From contig JBFWNU010000001.1 in NCBI GenBank assembly GCA_050250895.1, positions 2,788,891-2,852,890 on the forward strand: 64,000 bases of DNA, given 5' to 3'. This DNA is from Vulcanimicrobiota bacterium. GTDB lineage: Bacteria > Vulcanimicrobiota > Xenobia > Xenobiales > JADMJV01. The stretch's first letter is position 1; every line of letters begins with the position of its first letter. The notes under the pieces are model-generated. The model worked only from the letters and a program-made list of their open reading frames with translations, searched no databases and had not been told where the DNA came from. This document shows, in pieces, positions 59,745-64,000 of the stretch. The position numbers were made by a program, and so were the translations under genes.

Positions 59745-60712
59745 GCAGGAAGCTTGTCGCTCTCTCGTTCGGCGATAGCCCTGACCTGGCGGAATTGGGC
59801 TATGATGCCGAGCATCTCGATGTGGTCGCCATGCGCATCGCCAGGTTTCTCTTGCGTCGTGGTTATGACATCGCATACGGCGGGGTCTTCCGTTCTCAAA
59901 GCTTTCTAGACACATTGCTCGAACTTGTTCGTGCCGAGACGGCCCATCAGCAGGAAGAGGCGCAGGCCGAGGGACGGCAGTGGTCTGAATCTGAGCCACG
60001 ACTATTTAGCTATCAGGCCTGGCCCTATTATGATGCTATCACCACAGAAGTCATAGCCGATACTCTCGGTTTCATTCGCTACGTCAAGGTCCATCCCGTC
60101 GACGGAGAAGGCATCGACCATCGCACTCGGGCCCGTCACTTTTTGGATCCCCCAGACGGCAACATTCCCAAAGGCGCGGCTTTGATGGCAGCGGCGCTCA
60201 CCCGGATGCGCAGGGCCATGACCGCGCCAGCAGTTGACATCGACGGGGGTGACGTCTCCGCCCCCAGCGCCCGCATTGTGCTAGGCGGAGCCGTCGAGAA
60301 TTGGGCCGGAATTTTGCCCGGCATAGCAGAAGAGATTCTCTGGACTGCCCGAGCCGGGCAACCCGTCTACATCTTGGGGGCTTTCGGAGGCTCAGCAAAG
60401 GTTGTCGCAGACTATCTGCGCGACGGTGAGAATTTACCCAAAGTCCTGACCCTTGAGCATCATCGCTCCAACGCCAAAATGGCCAGGGTCATCGAGGGTT
60501 TCCCCGCCATCGGCTTCGAGGCTGTTTATCCCGAAGAGGGGTTCCGGGAACTCCAAAGGTTTCTCGCGGAAGCATGCGGGAACTTTAGCCTGCTCAATCC
60601 GCTCGGTGAAGAGAACCGCGAGCTAATGACAAGTCACAATGTCATCAATATCCTTCGTATACTCAAAACTCAGTTTCCCGATCTTCGGGGGCAGCACTCG
60701 ACCCCCAGTTGA
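59741..60712 (+). CDS. SLOG-superfamily protein (LD_cluster2-like)
   Basis: ALSFGDSPDL..LG....HL, IAYGG, ALTRMRRAM, ARIVLGG, PGIAEE, PVYILGAFGGSA. ATGA overlap with the TIR gene. Confidence 0.82.
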   Translation: MSRKLVALSFGDSPDLAELGYDAEHLDVVAMRIARFLLRRGYDIAYGGVFRSQSFLDTLLELVRAETAHQQEEAQAEGRQWSESEPRLFSYQAWPYYDAITTEVIADTLGFIRYVKVHPVDGEGIDHRTRARHFLDPPDGNIPKGAALMAAALTRMRRAMTAPAVDIDGGDVSAPSARIVLGGAVENWAGILPGIAEEILWTARAGQPVYILGAFGGSAKVVADYLRDGENLPKVLTLEHHRSNAKMARVIEGFPAIGFEAVYPEEGFRELQRFLAEACGNFSLLNPLGEENRELMTSHNVINILRILKTQFPDLRGQHSTPS

Positions 60713-60757
60713 CGTTGGTGCCGCTCGTTTTGCCGGGTGAGAGAGAGTCTCGGGTCT

Positions 60758-63700
60758 TCATCTTGCGGCGCCCCGAATCCAACCGACGACAGCGTTATTG
60801 AGCTTGACCAGTCTGATGACGACCGGGTCTTGAGCAGAGAATTTTCGCCTGCGAACCTTGATGCAGAACTCCAGCAATTCCAGCAGAGAACGGAACTGGA
60901 AGGGGGAACTTCCACGTTGCCAGGACGCCTCAAATCCGGCCAGGACGCGACCTAGCTCTTCTTCTGGTGCTCCGTCGCAGACCCAGCGCATGAAGAGTCG
61001 GCGAGCCGCCTTCATGTGCTCGAAGAACGTGGATCCACTTGCCTCTAGCGCGGGAAGAACCAATTCGGGCGCAGCCGCGGGCCAAGCCTGACACATCCTG
61101 GCCAGGAAGAGATAGTCCAGCAGATAATCATCGTCGCGGGCCAATTCAACAGCCGCCTGATAGCCGGCTCGCATCTCCTCGAGAAGGGCGTCACTGGTCT
61201 TATCGCCTGCTTCGCGCAGCATCGCCAACATCGCCCCTCCACCAATGCGAGAATGCGCCTTGGCATTGGGACAGATCGCAACCATGCCCTTTCTGTCGTC
61301 CAAGATTTCTTGAATGCTGCGAGGCGTCGGTTCGCTCTGCTCTGCTCTAAACCAGAGAAGCATCTCAAGGCGCAGCAAAATGGACAAATCGTCCATAGTG
61401 ATCAACGACGACTCTTTAGCCTTGTGGAACAGGTCAAAGGCCGAGACGAGAGCACTGTCGGCCGGTAGGGCTGCTTGCCCGATTTCGCTCAAGCCAAATA
61501 GTGGATGGATTAATTGGCTGTAGGCTCTTGCCAGGGCAAGCAAGACATCGGGCCTGCCAGAGCCCCGTTCCTCGCCCAGCCAGGTCGGTTTGGCCGCACG
61601 ACGAAGCGACTCGAGTTCCTTGAGAAGACCCGAATAGTCGTCCAGTTGGCAAACCTCGGCTCGTTGGCTGAGATTTTCGAGGTCACGGACAAATTCTCGG
61701 GGGCTGACGTAAGGATCGGTCTCTCTGGACTGCGCGTATCCAGGATCCGAGGACCACCGGTACTCAGGATCGCCGTAACACTGGTAGGCGCCCCAGGAAT
61801 TGAACTGGCTGTACTCGTTCCAGGTGGCTTGACGGGCGTGCAAAACGGCTCGGCCGAAAGTCTCCCCTTTGCTCATCTCTTGGTAGAAAGTGCGGGCGAA
61901 TAGCTCGGCGGAGTTGTCCTCCACGGCCCAACCGGCCGCGATAACCGCACGAGCGCCCGCGCGGATTATCGCCGTCGCCAGATTGGCCGCCAACTCGTTT
62001 GACCTTTGCTCATAGCGTTCAATTCGGCCCAGGTGGCAGCAGTTGATAAATACCAACTCAGGACAGGGGTTGAGTTGTGATACCGTGGCCGGGGTCAACA
62101 GCATGTCAGGGCCGATCACCATGCCCGCTTCGGGCTTCTCGCCAGAATTGTCGTACACGCCGTGACCCGCCAGATGCAGCACTCGATAGGGACGAGACAG
62201 CAGTGCGGTACCCACCGTCACTCCGTCAGGCCGCGGAAGGTGCGTTACCTGGAACTTGCCCGCCGACAAGGTCTGTGCGACCGCGCGGGCTTCGTCTTGC
62301 GCGGCCTTTAGCTCGGCGAGCTTGCTGACGGGATCTCCGACAACGAGCGCAGTGAAGAGGTCGGTAGGGCGTGCTTGATCGCGAAACTCTGAGCTGGCAA
62401 GTTGGCGAATCATTTCGGACCGAACCGATACTGGACGTGAATCTCGGTCCTCACCGCCATCGACCAATAGCTCCCAGGGAAATCGCGCCGCAGCTTCGTC
62501 TAGCAGCAAGATGACCTTTTCTTCGGAATCGCCCACTTCTTTCAGGCGATATGGCATCAATAGTTGGTAAAGTGCCCGAGAGAGGTCCGGGTTCCACTGC
62601 GGAACTGTCGAGGCCTGCCGCAGCATGCCGTCTACAAGTTGGCGATCATAGGGAAGCGGCATCACTTCGCTGCGGGCGAGACTGGTAAGGAGCGTGTGAC
62701 GCAGCTGGCCTGTCTCTTCCTCTGTGATTTGCAGGCGCTGCCACTTCGACATCCCGCGCTGAAAACTGGCTCGTGACAAACGTCCAGAGACCGTCCGGAC
62801 CTCACCAGAGAACTCGAACATGCCACCCAGCTTCTCGCCCTGGCAGAGCTGGCGAGCAACGTGAGCGGCAGCGATGGCGCGGTCCTCGTAGAGTTCGATG
62901 AACTCGATATGCCTCAGGTCGTCGCTGGCCCCCGCAGAAGCCAACACCTGCTTCGCCTCCAGGACACCATTAAGAATGCAACTGATGCTCCCTTCCAACC
63001 CGATTCCGCCCTCCATCGAACCAATGGCCACGAAGGAAAGTCCGCCACCAACGGTCGTTGCTCGACCCTCTAGCAGAAACTCCACCACGGCCTGGCGGAC
63101 GGTTTTTACTAACTGGGTTTGCTTGAGTGCGCCAAACTGGCCGAGGCCAATCAAGATGCCACCTTTGAAGGCTCCGGTACCGTCTGGGTCTGGCAGCAGA
63201 TAACGTCGGGATGATTCCAGCCGCCATGGGTATACTCCGCAGGCTCGTTCCAGGGATAGATGACCCCCTAACTTGTAATCGAGCGCCCGCTCCGAGCCTT
63301 CAATGGGTTGCTTGTGGTAACAGCCCAGCGCGACGGGAAAAGCGGCATAACCGAGATCGCCGTGCGTGACGCCGACGCGAACACGGGTGTCCGGTTGTTG
63401 GTCGAGGGGTGCCACATCCTGAGCCCCGAGCACGGCCGCCTCGAGTTCGCGTTGGGTAAGGAAGGTCAGGGGGACATCGTCGTATTCCAACTCGGGTCCA
63501 GAGCGAAGTCGACGGGCTGGAGGCTGGGTAGGCTCGACGCCACGGCCTTGGGTCCAGCCATCATTTAAGAGCTGGAGATAGCCCTCGAAAGCAGGTCGGT
63601 GGGAAGGTAGATTGCCGTGCGAAGCTTCAGCATAGAACATCGGCACGCCAGGCAGTTTTCCGCGAGCCCAGGGCACCGTACCGTCGCCCTCCGCCGTCAC

Positions 63701-64000
63701 CTGGAAATCAATTGTGGGACCGAACAGGAAACGGTCTCTGATGTACCAACCCACGGGAGTGTTGGAGCCCACTCCAGCAACGTAGACCATCCTCTCGGGA
63801 TCCACCCCGGCTTCGAGCTCCTTCCAAGCATTGGCGACGGCGTTTAAACGGGTCGCCGTGATACGTTTGAATTTGCAGCCAAATTCCTGGTCTAGTTGGT
63901 CGAAGAAGCCGCTCCAACCATTGGCTGACCAGACGCCGAGGGATTGATGGGTGTCGTAAGGCAATAGCTGGATCACGCCATCAAAGGAGTGAATAACACG
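60758..64000 (-). CDS. Lipase/LCAT-like hydrolase-(macro-like)-CHAT caspase-family protease-helical domain protein, 5'-truncated
   Basis: Frame is open to the window edge. GDGTVP...SHGNL. VGVTHGDL. CHAT dyad LHLAGHG and FINCCH, AAGWAVED, WGAYQCYGDP. Confidence 0.88.
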   Translation of the reverse strand, partial: RVIHSFDGVIQLLPYDTHQSLGVWSANGWSGFFDQLDQEFGCKFKRITATRLNAVANAWKELEAGVDPERMVYVAGVGSNTPVGWYIRDRFLFGPTIDFQVTAEGDGTVPWARGKLPGVPMFYAEASHGNLPSHRPAFEGYLQLLNDGWTQGRGVEPTQPPARRLRSGPELEYDDVPLTFLTQRELEAAVLGAQDVAPLDQQPDTRVRVGVTHGDLGYAAFPVALGCYHKQPIEGSERALDYKLGGHLSLERACGVYPWRLESSRRYLLPDPDGTGAFKGGILIGLGQFGALKQTQLVKTVRQAVVEFLLEGRATTVGGGLSFVAIGSMEGGIGLEGSISCILNGVLEAKQVLASAGASDDLRHIEFIELYEDRAIAAAHVARQLCQGEKLGGMFEFSGEVRTVSGRLSRASFQRGMSKWQRLQITEEETGQLRHTLLTSLARSEVMPLPYDRQLVDGMLRQASTVPQWNPDLSRALYQLLMPYRLKEVGDSEEKVILLLDEAAARFPWELLVDGGEDRDSRPVSVRSEMIRQLASSEFRDQARPTDLFTALVVGDPVSKLAELKAAQDEARAVAQTLSAGKFQVTHLPRPDGVTVGTALLSRPYRVLHLAGHGVYDNSGEKPEAGMVIGPDMLLTPATVSQLNPCPELVFINCCHLGRIERYEQRSNELAANLATAIIRAGARAVIAAGWAVEDNSAELFARTFYQEMSKGETFGRAVLHARQATWNEYSQFNSWGAYQCYGDPEYRWSSDPGYAQSRETDPYVSPREFVRDLENLSQRAEVCQLDDYSGLLKELESLRRAAKPTWLGEERGSGRPDVLLALARAYSQLIHPLFGLSEIGQAALPADSALVSAFDLFHKAKESSLITMDDLSILLRLEMLLWFRAEQSEPTPRSIQEILDDRKGMVAICPNAKAHSRIGGGAMLAMLREAGDKTSDALLEEMRAGYQAAVELARDDDYLLDYLFLARMCQAWPAAAPELVLPALEASGSTFFEHMKAARRLFMRWVCDGAPEEELGRVLAGFEASWQRGSSPFQFRSLLELLEFCIKVRRRKFSAQDPVVIRLVKLNNAVVGWIRGAAR

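Noticed and set aside
57874-60712. Canonical Thoeris (thsA/thsB) call
   Set aside because: The SLOG protein has no SIR2, TM-macro or caspase fusion, so only an analogy is supported.

Overview
GC-rich bacterial window. Gene style is compatible with Candidatus Eremiobacterota/Vulcanimicrobiota, but that is a guess and was not tested. Positions 1-44.8 kb look like backbone: a 5'-truncated giant TPR protein (>2397 aa), PilZ, EF-hand, lipoprotein, TAXI, CopA, trmJ, tsaE-tsaB-rimI-tsaD, mscL, minor pilins plus PilC, GTP-PEPCK, a FIST/NosP plus hybrid kinase pair, and a Ser/Thr kinase-ATPase-TPR protein. Three things in the backbone stand out. (i) An orphan four-core marinostatin/microviridin-type graspetide precursor (PFFNNFL leader, 4x IATLRYPSDSD), bracketed by copies of a palindromic repeat. 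(ii) That repeat forms a 7-unit tandem array directly upstream of an HTH plus DUF559/Vsr-like nuclease gene. (iii) A second, unrelated pair of head-to-head palindromic arrays at 8.6-9.35 kb. From about 44.8 kb to the window end the DNA looks less GC-rich by eye and forms a conflict/defence-like island: vapBC, DUF4062, cytoplasmic S8 protease plus MBL hydrolase, TIR-TM-WD40, degenerate TIR-wHTH, an unusual TIR-methyltransferase fusion plus HD protein, TIR plus SLOG, and a lipase-(macro-like)-CHAT protein. No tRNA, rRNA, integrase, transposase or true CRISPR array was seen. All domain calls come from motif recognition by eye, not database searches.
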